A stretch of 64,000 nucleotides of DNA from NCBI RefSeq assembly GCF_004010195.1, contig NC_057720.1, positions 4,387,800 through 4,451,799 of the forward strand, in the 5' to 3' direction. Made by a program: the position numbers and the translations under genes. The notes below the pieces were generated by a model that searched no databases, had not been told where the DNA came from, and saw nothing but the letters and a program-made list of their open reading frames with translations. The DNA is from Chiloscyllium plagiosum. Its lineage: Eukaryota. Below, piece by piece: positions 13,220-23,920 of this stretch (its first letter is position 1; every line of letters starts with the position of its first letter).

Positions 13220-14345
13220 AATCAGCCATCTATCCTGTACCTCACAATGGTGACTAAATAACACAGCAAGCATGTCTATGGCACCAGAGATTGTGAAATC
13301 GGTAGTAGTCATCCTATTCTGCCACCAGCCAACTGCTCCAGTGTTCAGGCATGAGTTGATCTCATTGTTAACTGCAAGAATGTAGCTGTATGTCTATTAC
13401 ATCTAATACAGAACACTGCATTTGTGCAAACATATGTTCCGTGCTCCACAGCATCCTAAATAACCTAAACTATATCATGGGACTGTACCTTCTGATTCTA
13501 GACTCTCCAATCACGGAACACATTCCACCTGCATTTACACTGTCTGTTATTTGAACAAGTGGTGTTTGTTGTCATTTGATGTGCACAAATCTTCATCCTT
13601 ATTTCAGCATTTCAAACAGTACTGACTCTGAACCCAGAAGCTGATTGTTTTATTTGGGATTATGTTTAAGACTGAATTGCCCCCTCACTCAAGTCTCAAG
13701 GCAGACAGCAGCAAAATTTGAAGCCTTTTGCAACTTGATCTTGATTTCCTTTATTCCCTGCTGCTGTGTAGCCAGGTCCTCACCAGAGAGACTAATGGCT
13801 GCTGAGTTCCTCATGGATTGCAATTTGGTTCCAACAGTAAGTTGGGGCCTGGACTCCATTGTACGGGAAACTCCATCAGTGGTAGGTACTGATATGAATC
13901 ACATGAAGGTTGCTGCTTCGCAAGGCGCCTGGAAGGAAGCAGAAGTCCCGACCATGGTCTCCTCTCCCATTCCCCCACATCAGCCAACAGTACACATGGG
14001 CTTCGATCTGCTCTAAGGGCTGAATAGGGTGCAGAAAAAGTATTGTTATGCTCTCATGCTATTTCCAAATCCACCTTTTCCAAAGTAGAGTTCATTCCAA
14101 GTGACTTTAATGACAGTCCATGAACCCCACATTAGGAAGCTGGACAAAGACCATGACTCAGTCAGAGTAACAGGCAGGAGATACCATCACTGCTGCCTTG
14201 GATAGGATGAGGAAAAGCTAGACTTTACTGATGTTAAAGGGTTTTACCAGTAATATGTATGTAGCAAAGTGGAGCTGATTAAAACATGACAACAATTTGA
14301 TGGATTCTGTGGAAAACAGTGACTGACATCATTTTGTTTTTACAG

Positions 14346-14399
14346 AGAATAAACCAGGACCTCATAGAAGTTAACTTCAAGCCAGGTGAAAACATTAAG
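14346..14399 (+). CDS. vtg: Vitellogenin 54-nt exon (phosvitin/LvL linker)
   Basis: Strong acceptor ttttgttttttacag| and donor AAG|gtaaga, phase 0/0. Encodes RINQDLIEVNFKPGENIK in non-repeat sequence. Confidence 0.75.
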
Positions 14400-14659
14400 G
14401 TAAGAATATTCTGCTGTAATCTTTCAAATTTACTTTTTTTTTGTATTGTCATTGGGCAGCACCAAATCTAGGTTAACACCCCCATGAGATGTTGTCTGAC
14501 CCTTGAGGCACTTGTCTGGCCTCTCAGGTGTTTTCAAAAGATCCCTCATGTACGAAAGGCATTGGGGTTGTTCCCATTGTCCAGGACAATATTTATCCTT
14601 TGATTGACATTACACAGAAACAGATAAACACAGATAAACACAAAAACACAGTGGTGACA

Positions 14660-15240
14660 AGAACAAGTCACAAGTTAGGAATATTGCAGTGATTGACTTA
14701 CCTCACGATTACCCAAAGCCTGCCCACCATCTGCAAGGTGTGATGGAATCCTGCCCACGTGCCTTGATGGGTGCAGATCCAACAACATTCAAGAAGCTTG
14801 AGATCATCCAGGACAAAGTAGCATGTTTGCCTGGCACTACATCTACAAGCATCCACTCCCTCCACCACTGATGCTCAGTAGCAGCAGTGTGTACCATGTA
14901 CAAGAGACACTGCAGAAATTCACCAAAGATCCTTAGGCAGTTCCTTCCAAACCCACAACCACTTCCATCTAGACCGACAAGGACAGCAGATATATGGGAA
15001 CACCGCCCTCTGCAAGTTCCCTTCCAAGCCACTCACCATCCTGACTTGGAAACATTGCCGTTCCTTCACTGTCGCTGGGTCAAAATCCTGGAATTCCATT
15101 CCTCAGGGCATTGTGGGTTAATCTACAGCACATGGACTGCAATGATTCAAGAAGGCAGCTCACCCCCACCTTCTCCAGGGGAGATAAGAATGGGTAATAA
15201 ATGCTAACCCAACTAGTGATGCCCACATCCAATCAGTGAA
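14660..15240 (+). mobile_element. L2/CR1-clade LINE 3' end
   Basis: Same family as 50760-51995; ends gggtaataaatgct...gcccacatcc. Confidence 0.65.
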
Positions 15241-15276
15241 TGAAGAAAAAGCAGGCTGATTCCTGGGATAAAGGGG

Positions 15277-15488
15277 AGAAAGTGAGGTCTGCAGATGCTG
15301 GAGATCAGAGCTGAAAATGTGTTGCTGGAAAAGTGCAGCAGGTCAGGCAGCATCCAGGGAACAGGAGAATCGACACTTCGGGCACAAGCCTGTCATTCCT
15401 GAAGAAGGGCTTGTGCCCGAAGCGTCGATTCTCCTGTTCCCTGGATGCTGCCTGACCTGCTGCGCTTTTCCAGCAACACATTTTCAGC
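15277..15488. mobile_element. Short palindromic Penelope-derived element
   Basis: 16-bp TSD tcctgggataaagggg (15261-15276 / 15489-15504); ~85-bp inverted arms; hammerhead-like core at 15399-15428. Confidence 0.78.
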
Positions 15489-15617
15489 TCCTGGGATAAA
15501 GGGGTTGACACATCAAGAGCAGCTAAACAGATTATGCCGTTATTCATTACAAGAATGAGGAGAGATCAAATGAAATAGACAAGATTCTGAGTGGGCATGA
15601 CAAGGGTGTATAGTGAT

Positions 15618-16685
15618 TGTAATGAGGTCAGCCAGATGGACCTCATAGAACATGAGTTTCCTGATTGGAGTTGTTAATCTTCTCAAATCAGGGAGCCCTG
15701 GCTGACAGATATAAACAAGAGGTTCAGAGGTTCTGTTCACACTGAGAGCTGGCTCTGAGGGGGCTGGACCAGGGCCAAGACTCTTGATGTGCAAATAAAG
15801 GGGGACTTAGTGATGGGATACCACCCTCTGTGGAGTTATATCAGTGGCAACAAGAGAAGAGCAAGGTCCTGAAAAGATTTACTCACTACAGTCAGTTTGG
15901 AGTTGGGGTGAGCATTTCTGGCATGATGCTGTTAGTTGGGAAGCTTAACTTGTTCGAAGCTGCCATCAAAGAATGACAATTCAACAACCAGGTGAATCAG
16001 TATTAGGATTTTTCACTCAATTCAGACAACTGGCCAAAGTATGTGAGTTTGGTTTAACCCTTAATGAGATGCTGAGAGACCGTTTGGTATTGGGATTAAT
16101 GAGGTAGATAAAAACACCCTAATCTAGACTCTGGTTTCCGGCATCTGCAGTCCTTGTTTTTACCTAGTTGATTTTAACCCTACTGCAAATCCTCTTGCAA
16201 GGATGCCTACCTTGAAGAAGTTTTCCTCCTCTCTCTACAAGAATCTCAGTGAGTCTCTCTCTCACTGCAACCCCCAGGTCATCTCCTCTGCCCCGAAGCT
16301 CACCAGTTTCCTCATTTCCCCTTCCCCCACCTCACCCCAGCTCCAACCTTCCAGCTCAGCACCACCCTCATGACCTGTCCTACCTGGCTATCTTCCTTTC
16401 CACCTATCCACACCACCCTCCTCTCTGACCTATCACCTCCATCCCCACCCCCATTCACCTATTGTACTCTATTCTACTCTCTCCCCATCCCCACCCCCCT
16501 CTCATATATCTCTCCACTCTGCAGGCACCCTGTCTCTATTCCTGATGAGTGGTTTTTGCCCGAAACGTTGATTTTCCTGCTCCTCAGATGCTGCCTGACC
16601 TGCTGTGCTTTTCCAGCACCACTCTAATCAAGACTCAGGATTAATGATGTAACCAAGAAAAGCGCCTACTAGCTGAAGACCAACA
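15618..16685 (+). mobile_element. Gypsy-like LTR retrotransposon remnant (5' LTR 15618-15843, PBS, degenerate gag start)
   Basis: TGT...TCA LTR with TATAAA (15710) and AATAAA (15794); PBS-like tggcaacaag at 15845; gag-like MLLVGKLNLF, EMLRDRLV and GINDV..KRLLAE. Confidence 0.72.
16103..16637 (+). mobile_element. Internally deleted Penelope-derived element inserted in the Gypsy gag
   Basis: TSD ggattaatga (16093-16102 / 16638-16647); C-rich tract; hammerhead-like ctgatga...cccgaaacgtt at ~16542-16570. Confidence 0.7.
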
Positions 16686-16849
16686 GGAATGTCTGAGAGT
16701 TGTAGAGGCTAGATCACAGAAAATATTTAAAGAGGAGGCAGATAGCTTTTTTCTAAAATATTGCAGATTTGAGACATATGAAGCATTGGTGTGAGAGATG
16801 AGTTGAGGCCAGTAGCAGGTCAGCCATGATCTTGTGGAATGCAGGCTTG

Positions 16850-16929
16850 AGAGCAAGGATATCAGCTCACAGGATCGATGGAGGGTTCAGATGCCTGGCC
16901 TAGAATGCACATACGAGTTGTCGAACTGA
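16850..16929 (+). repeat. Exact 80-bp duplicate of vtg exon sequence 18267-18346
   Basis: agagcaaggatatcagc...gttgtcgaactga is identical in both places. Confidence 0.95.
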
Positions 16930-16964
16930 TTGGCTCACTGCTGTTTCTGTTTCTTGTTAACAGC

Positions 16965-17240
16965 TAACCTGAGAATGCAACTTTTAAAAAAAAAGGTTTT
17001 GTGATTTGCACCTGAAAGAAGTGAAACTATCATGGAATTCAAATAGATGAAAGGCTCAACAGACAATCAATTTTTCAATGTATGATTTCAGTTACATCAC
17101 ACTGTAAATGTTTGCTATAAATTCTGTGTGTTAGGATTGAGCCCTCCACTATCACCTGATTAAGGGGCGATGCTCCGAAAACAAGTGTGCTTCCAATTAA
17201 ACCTATTGCCCTATAACCTGGTGTTGAGTGATTTTTAACT
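16965..17240 (+). mobile_element. Penelope-type 3' terminal repeat, second short family (degenerate hammerhead at ~17153-17188)
   Basis: Shares aaacctgttggactataacctggtgttgtgtgatttttaactt with copies at ~11100, 20232-20555, 28232-28426 and 42230-42590. Confidence 0.6.
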
Positions 17241-18195
17241 TAAGAAGGATACATTGTGAAACCAGTCACTAGTATCTTAAGAAATGCAACACATGCTCTT
17301 TCCCTCTTTCAAGTTGGTTATTGAATATAGAATAAGAATATTCAACTGAGTTTGAAGTTTCTTCCCTGGTGGCTGTGAAAGCACTGTCACCCTGGGATAT
17401 AGTATTTCAAGCATCCAGTCCTGCAGATAGAGCAGTTTTTCAGCTGCAATGCATGCTGGGTGAAGTATTCTCCATTCCAAGGTGCCCACTTTTTGCAGAA
17501 AACCTCCAGTTGTTTTACAATGGCTGTCAAAAAATAATCTCATGAGGATTGTGGGCAGCAAGGAAGCAAGGGGAATCAACATTCATCCTAATGGAGTGAA
17601 AAGATTTCTTGCATTAGAGGCTGTCTGTAGTTCACAGTTTTCCAGTGTCTAGAGTTCAGAGTGACTCTGACATATTATTCATGTATAGTGTGGTGTAGAT
17701 TCATCAACATATACACGTGAGACTTTGCAGAGGATAAACTTATATTTCCACATGTTTAGGAAATTGAGGGATGATCTAATGCAAGCATTTGGGTAACCTA
17801 TTAGATAAGAGCTGATAGATAACCTATTAGATAATAACTAAATAGGGTAAGGTAGAAAGGTAATAATTGTTTCCTCAGCTGACGGGACAGTATTTTAAAA
17901 TTTGCTCTGGGTTATACAGGGAGCACGTACTTACACAAGGGACAGTGGAAATCTGGAACACACTGGCCCAGAAAGGCTACTGAGTGTGTGGTCAGTTTAA
18001 ATGTTCAAGCTGAAATTGCTAGATTTTTGGCAGGTAACACAATTAAGAGTTCCAGACCAAGGTGGATAGATGGAGTTAAAAGCTATCGATTAGCGACACA
18101 ACTAATTAAGGGGAGGTGAGACAGATTTTGAGGGGCTGAATAACCTCCTCCTGCACCTTATTAATCATTTTGTTGATGTTTGTTTGTGGTTCTAG

Positions 18196-18408
18196 GGTAA
18201 TTTCATTGGAACAATAGGCACACCGTCCGTCACCATCCTTGCTCAAGCTAAAAGAACTGATGGCAAAGAGCAAGGATATCAGCTCACAGGATCGATGGAG
18301 GGTTCAGATGCCTGGCCTAGAATGCACATACGAGTTGTCGAACTGAAGGAAGACAGCAGCTGGAAAATGTGTGTCGATGCTGCAATTCCGAAAGCACACA
18401 AAGCAATG
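18196..18408 (+). CDS. vtg: Vitellogenin exon (lipovitellin light chain start)
   Basis: ttctag|...ATG|gtaatg. Encodes GNFIGTIGTPSVTILAQAKRTDGKEQGYQLT...SSWKMCVDAAIPKAHKAM, matching the Vtg 'QGYQL' and 'W.iC.D' motifs. Confidence 0.92.
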
Positions 18409-18419
18409 GTAATGTATAA

Positions 18420-18610
18420 GCGCAGCAGGTCAGGCAGCATCTAGGGAACAGGAGAATCGACGTTTCGGGCATTAGCCCTTCTTCAGGAAAAAGGTCTAAT
18501 GCCCGAAACGTCGATTCTCCTGTTCCCTAGATGCTGCCTGACCTGCTGCACTTTTCCAGCAACACATTTCCATCTCTGATCTCCAGCATCTGCAGACCTC
18601 ACTTTCTCCT
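18420..18610. mobile_element. Short palindromic Penelope-derived element inserted 11 nt into the intron
   Basis: 16-bp TSD caatggtaatgtataa (18404-18419 / 18611-18626); intact minus-strand hammerhead core at 18457-18487. Confidence 0.85.
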
Positions 18611-19844
18611 CAATGGTAATGTATAAATTGTCAAATGGTAAAGCACAGAAGGAAGTCATTGGTCCATTGCACCTCTTCCAGTTTTTGAAAGAGCTTTCCA
18701 AATTTCACACTTTCCCCTGTACTTTCCCCATTGCCTTTGCAAACATTCTACTTCTCACGGATTTACAGGAATCTCTTTTGAGGGAAAAAAAATTATTGAA
18801 TCTTATTCTACTTACCTTAAAGGCAGCACACCCCAGGTCATAGCAACTCATTGATAAAACAAATGATCCACATTTCCATTCTCCTCAAACCAGCGTGCTG
18901 TTCAGTGGAACAAAGACAGTGCTGGAGAAACTCAGCAGATCTGGCAACATCTATGATGGGAGAAACAGAGTTAATGTTTTGGATTCAGTACAACTCTTTT
19001 TCAAACCTTCAGCCCATTTCTTCAGTTCTTAAGAGTCATCCCAGACTCAAAACATTAACTCTGTTTCTCACTCCACTGATGCTGCCAGGCCTGCTGAGTT
19101 TCTCCAGCATCAGTTTTCCTACAACCACAGTCTCTAATCTGTTGTGTGAGCCAGGAAGAGTGGATTACAAGGTTGTAAATCCACTTCTCCTAGTTACTAG
19201 CCCTCCTGCCTGCAGGATTTTCTCTTGATATGTTTTCATTAAAACTCATTTCTAATGCATTAAAATGTAGATGTCCTCCATACACTCTCTCTGAGGCACT
19301 CCACAGATATTCAGATGGAAATTGTGCTCTTTCCTGATCAATATTTTGCCACAGACCTGGCAGAGACATCAGGAATTGGAATGGAGACCAGACATTTCCC
19401 AAAATGGATGTTTCTTCTATCTCTACATATTGACGGTGTTTTGGACTGTAAGGTTGAGCCCCCTGCAGGGACAATGCCATCTAGCTCACTGTGATCGATG
19501 TCAAGGAAGTTCCAGAGAGCCATTAACCCAGGGTGGAGTCCTGCCTGATTGAGACCTACAGGCATTTGACGGATGCTCAGGTCTTTGACTGGACTGGGTG
19601 TGGTGCCCCCTCATCATTTGGTGGAGAAAGTGTGGGGAGCAACCTTTCTGATACAGGCCAAACACAAACTTGCATGAACAGGCAAGGATTAGAGATAAAT
19701 GGATCATGTGCTGGAAGATTGGAATGGCAACATGGTTGGCAAAAAAAGGGTGGGCTGAATGGCCTGTTCCAATGCTGTACTGTTCTATGTCTTATTTTCC
19801 TATGTGGCAGAGAATGACAATGTCCTTTTTTTTAAATTTCCTAG

Positions 19845-19987
19845 TTAATGTTCAGATGGGGCAAAGACTGCCAGAAATATAAAATATCTTATGAGGCATC
19901 GTTAGGACGTCTTGCAAACCATCCAGCTATGAAAATTAAAACTCAGTGGTCAGAAATCCCTACTGCAATGATATCTGGTGGAAGGGT
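19845..19987 (+). CDS. vtg: Vitellogenin exon (LvL)
   Basis: ttcctag|...GT|gtaagt. Encodes LMFRWGKDCQKYKISYEASLGRLANHPAMKIKTQWSEIP..., matching the Vtg 'WG..C..Y' motif. Confidence 0.92.
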
Positions 19988-20073
19988 GTAAGTATTGTGT
20001 CATATAATTGTCTTACTTCCCTGTTTTCCATTTGCGCTACCTATAACACTACGGCAATGCTCTTTTATACCAG

Positions 20074-20203
20074 GATTGGATCTGGAGTTGCTTTTCTATT
20101 TGGATTTTCCAATAAATTCAAACGTAATCCTTCGCATCAGATCACACAACTGATAGCCCTAACATCACCATGGACCATCGATACAATTGTTAAACTACCC
20201 AGG
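20074..20203 (+). CDS. vtg: Vitellogenin exon (LvL)
   Basis: Follows an 86-nt intron; ataccag|...AGG|gtaaga. Encodes IGSGVAFLFGFSNKFKRNPSHQITQLIALTSPWTIDTIVKLPR. Confidence 0.92.
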
Positions 20204-20231
20204 GTAAGACAATCTCTGTTAAATTTTACCA

Positions 20232-20555
20232 AACAGTGCCTCAAATCATACAGCATCAGGTTATAGTCCAACAGATTTATTTGGCAGTACAGGCTTTCGG
20301 AGTGCTGTTCCTTCAGTAGGTATATACAGATTTTATAGTAAAAGATCAAAATGTCATACAACTGATGTGATGTATTGAACAAACATAGATTGCTGTTAAG
20401 TCTTTAAGTTTATGATCCTGCCCCACCAGCTACCTGACAAAGGAGCAGTGCTCCAAAAGCTAGTGCTTCCAATTAAACCTGTTGGGCTATAACCTGATGT
20501 TGTGTGATTTTTAACTTTTTCCACCCCAGTCCAACGTCAGCACTTTCACATCAAT
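20232..20555. mobile_element. Palindromic Penelope-derived element, second family
   Basis: Inverted arms; tacctgacaaaggagcagtgctccaaaagctagtg is a degenerate hammerhead. Confidence 0.6.
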
Positions 20556-20621
20556 TCACATTGTCTTAATTTAAGGGTTATTATACCTTTGTAATGGTGA
20601 ATCTCATTGTTTTGTTACCAG

Positions 20622-20751
20622 CTAACAATCTATTATCAAGGCTTCGAGCTTCCTTTGCCAGTGCACGTTCAATCAATGACCCCAGTCATTCAGACGAAAG
20701 GCTTTAAAAGCATCAACGAAATTCCACGGCTGCTACTGACAATGAACCAAA
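20622..20751 (+). CDS. vtg: Vitellogenin exon (LvL end)
   Basis: ttgttaccag|...A|gtaatt. Encodes LTIYYQGFELPLPVHVQSMTPVIQTKGFKSINEIPRLLLTMNQ. Confidence 0.88.
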
Positions 20752-20949
20752 GTAATTATTACATCTACCTCTTCTCTGTGAACTTTTCTGCATGCTTCAG
20801 ATTTCACCTGTTGTGCATTCCTAATTTAGATGTTCCCTTAATCAATCCGCTCAGATGCTGTTACAAACTCTGGAGGAGAATTGAATTAAGGCCTCCTAGG
20901 TCAGAGGTAGGGACATTACCACTGAACCACAACACTCTCAACTGAGTGA

Positions 20950-21200
20950 TCTTTAGTGGGGGCACATAGGATTGAACACCATTGCTGTGGGTGTAGGGTC
21001 AATGAGGACAGCAGTTCCCTTTCCTAAAGAACATTGGTGAACCAGATGGGATTCCCTGACAATCGTTTCACAATCATTGTTAGATTCTTGATTCCAGATT
21101 ATTAATGAATTTGAATCCATGGCAGGATTCAAACCCAGGTGGAACATTAGCTGGGTCTCTCAATTAACAATCTAGCAATAATATCACTAGACCTCCCCCT
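20950..21200 (-). mobile_element. tRNA-derived SINE (SacSINE1/DeuSINE-like)
   Basis: Reverse-complement similarity to 41410-41920 and 59540-59858. Family name is from recall, not from a search. Confidence 0.55.
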
Positions 21201-22102
21201 TCTATTCTTATTTTATATCAAGGGATTTGGTGGGCTTAGTTGGATTGATTCAAATGTGATGCAGAATTAAATCAATGGTGTGGGCTCAACTCATGTACTG
21301 ATTCTGGCAATTCATTTGAAATTCAGCTTGTCCTACACTTGACCCCAAATTTGTCTCTCTCAAATAGATGAGATGCCAATTGACCTATTATGAATAATGA
21401 TTAATTGCAGGGAGAAATGTCATTTTGAAAAAGCCACAAAGAAAAGCATTGCTCACTGTTTCTCATTATGATAATGCACAAGAACAATTTGCCTCTGTAG
21501 CAGCTCATAAATACATAAACATAACAAGAACAAGAAGGCCAAGATTTAAAGTGATGCATGAACGAGGGGAAGGTGATGTGAGATAATTTCTTTTTCCAGT
21601 CAGGGAGTAATTAGGGTGTGGAGTTCACTGCTGGAACTGTGGTGTAAGTTGGGTCAACTGAGAGATTCAAGAGGGGCACTGGATGGTTTTTGGATAGTAA
21701 TGGTGTGCAGGGATATCGGGGAAAAGGCAGGATATTGGCACTAGTAATAGAACTGGTGTAAGCCTGATGGGTCGAATGGCCTGCTTCTGCATCATAATAA
21801 TTCTGTGATTCTGAGATTCTGTGAAACATCATAACAGCTTTTATTGAACTGAATATCAATGAAGTTACATTCAATTATTTAGATCCCGGCTTAAAATGTA
21901 TTGAAGGCACAGATCTTACCATCATATTTCAAAAGGAATGTGGAATGAGAAGATGTAAATAAAAAGGTTTACACACATAACCCTGGTAACTTCACACTCA
22001 GAGTACTGTATATAATTCTGGTCAGCATGTTCCTGAAAAGATATCACAGCAAATAAGATTTATGACGATGATGCCCAACAGAGAGGTTATAAAATTCAGA
22101 TA

Positions 22103-22890
22103 AACTAGCACAAAGGTGCAGCAGGTAATCAGGAAGGCTAATGGAATGTTGGCCTGTATTTCAAGGGGGTTGGAGTATAAGAGCAGAGAAGTCTTACTGT
22201 AACTGTACAAGGTGCTGGTGAGACCACATCTGGTGCACTGTGTGCAGTTTTTTCCCCACATTTAAGGAAAGATATCATTTTATTGGAGGCAATTCAGAGA
22301 AGGTTCACTAGGATGATCCCTGGGATAAAGGGGCTGTCTTATGAGCAATGGCTAAACAGAATAAAAATTGAAATAACTGTAAATCAGAAACAAAAACAGA
22401 AAATGCTGGAAAGGTTTAGCAGGTCTGTCAGCAGTTGTGGAGAGAAATCAGAGTTAACATTTTGGGTTGAGTGATCCATCTTCCGAAAGGCGATTCAGGT
22501 TGGGACAACCCTTACCGAGGTTTAGAAGAATGAGGGAATGTATAGGATTTATAAGTATCTTCACAGGAAAATGCTCAGAGGATGTTTCCCCTCATTGGAG
22601 AGAATAGGGTCAGATGGCATGGAAGCAGAATTAAGTGGCAGCAATGTAAGGCTGAGATGAGAAGGAATTCTTTCTCTCAGGGGCTTGAGTCTTTGAAACG
22701 CCTTGCCACAGATAGCAGTGTGTAGCTAATGCTGAGATAGATTGATTCTTGATCAGTCTGGGAATCAAAGGTTATGGGGAAAGGGTGGGAAAGTGGTCAG
22801 GAGCGTTGGATCAGCCATGGTTCCATTGAACAGCAGAACAAGTTTGAGAGGCCAGATTGCTTCCTCCAGTTCCTGTTATGTATGGGTCTT
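22103..22890 (+). mobile_element. Decayed CR1 3' fragment
   Basis: EAIQRRFTRMIPG remnants and CR1 3'UTR. Confidence 0.75.
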
Positions 22891-23920
22891 GATGGCCCTA
22901 AAGCATTGGCCGAGCTGGAGCTCTAAACTCTGTAAGGGAGAAGGTTAAGAGGTGAACTGTAGAGGTTTCTAAAATAATGATAGGTACTCCATCCATCACC
23001 TTAAACATTCACATGCTTCTTATCATTGACACACAGTGGCAGCAGGACTTACCACCTACAAGTTGCACTGCAGTAACCTGTCAAGGCTCCACTGACAGTA
23101 TCTTCCAGAGACATGACCTATACCAACTAGAAAAATAAGAACAACAGATACTTGTTTATTCCACATCACAAGCCCCCACCCCACCAAAGTGGCATGCGTG
23201 CACTATGTCTAGACCAGAGCATTCGACTGAGTCTCTCGATCACTGAAGTCATGAGTTCATGTACCACCATGGCAATGAAATTAATACGTAAATGCCGGAT
23301 TATGGAGACAGGGCGGGGGGCTGAGTCTGGATGGGATGCTGTTCGGAGGGTTGGTGCAGAATCAATGGGCTGAATGGCCTTTTCTGCACTGTAGGGATTC
23401 TATAAATTATATACAGAGTTAGATGTTGCCAGTGATTGTAAGTGGTCTGTTTACTAGCACTCCATAGTAATAGAGCAAGTAATCGCAAGAGATTTTATAA
23501 ATAGAAACCAAGCAAGAGACGTAGAGTCATACAGCACAGAAACAGACCTTTTAGTCCAACTCGTCCACGCCGAGCAAGTTTCCTAAACAAACCTAGTCCC
23601 ATTTTCCTGCATTTCCTTTTTAATCTTTCTTATTCATGTACCTGCCCAACTGATTTTCAAATGCTCTAATTGTACCAGCCTCTACCATTTCCTCTGGCAG
23701 CTCATTATATACACATTATATCCTCTGTGTAAAAACGTTGTCCCTCAGATCCCTTTTATATCTTTTCCCTCTCTTCTTAAACCTATGCCTCTAGTTTTGG
23801 ACTCGCATACCCTGGAGAAAAGACCTTGGCTATTCACCTCATCTATGTCACTCATTATTTTATAAACCTCCACAAGGTCACCCCCTTAGCCTCCTTCACT
23901 CCAGAGAAAGTAGTCCCATC

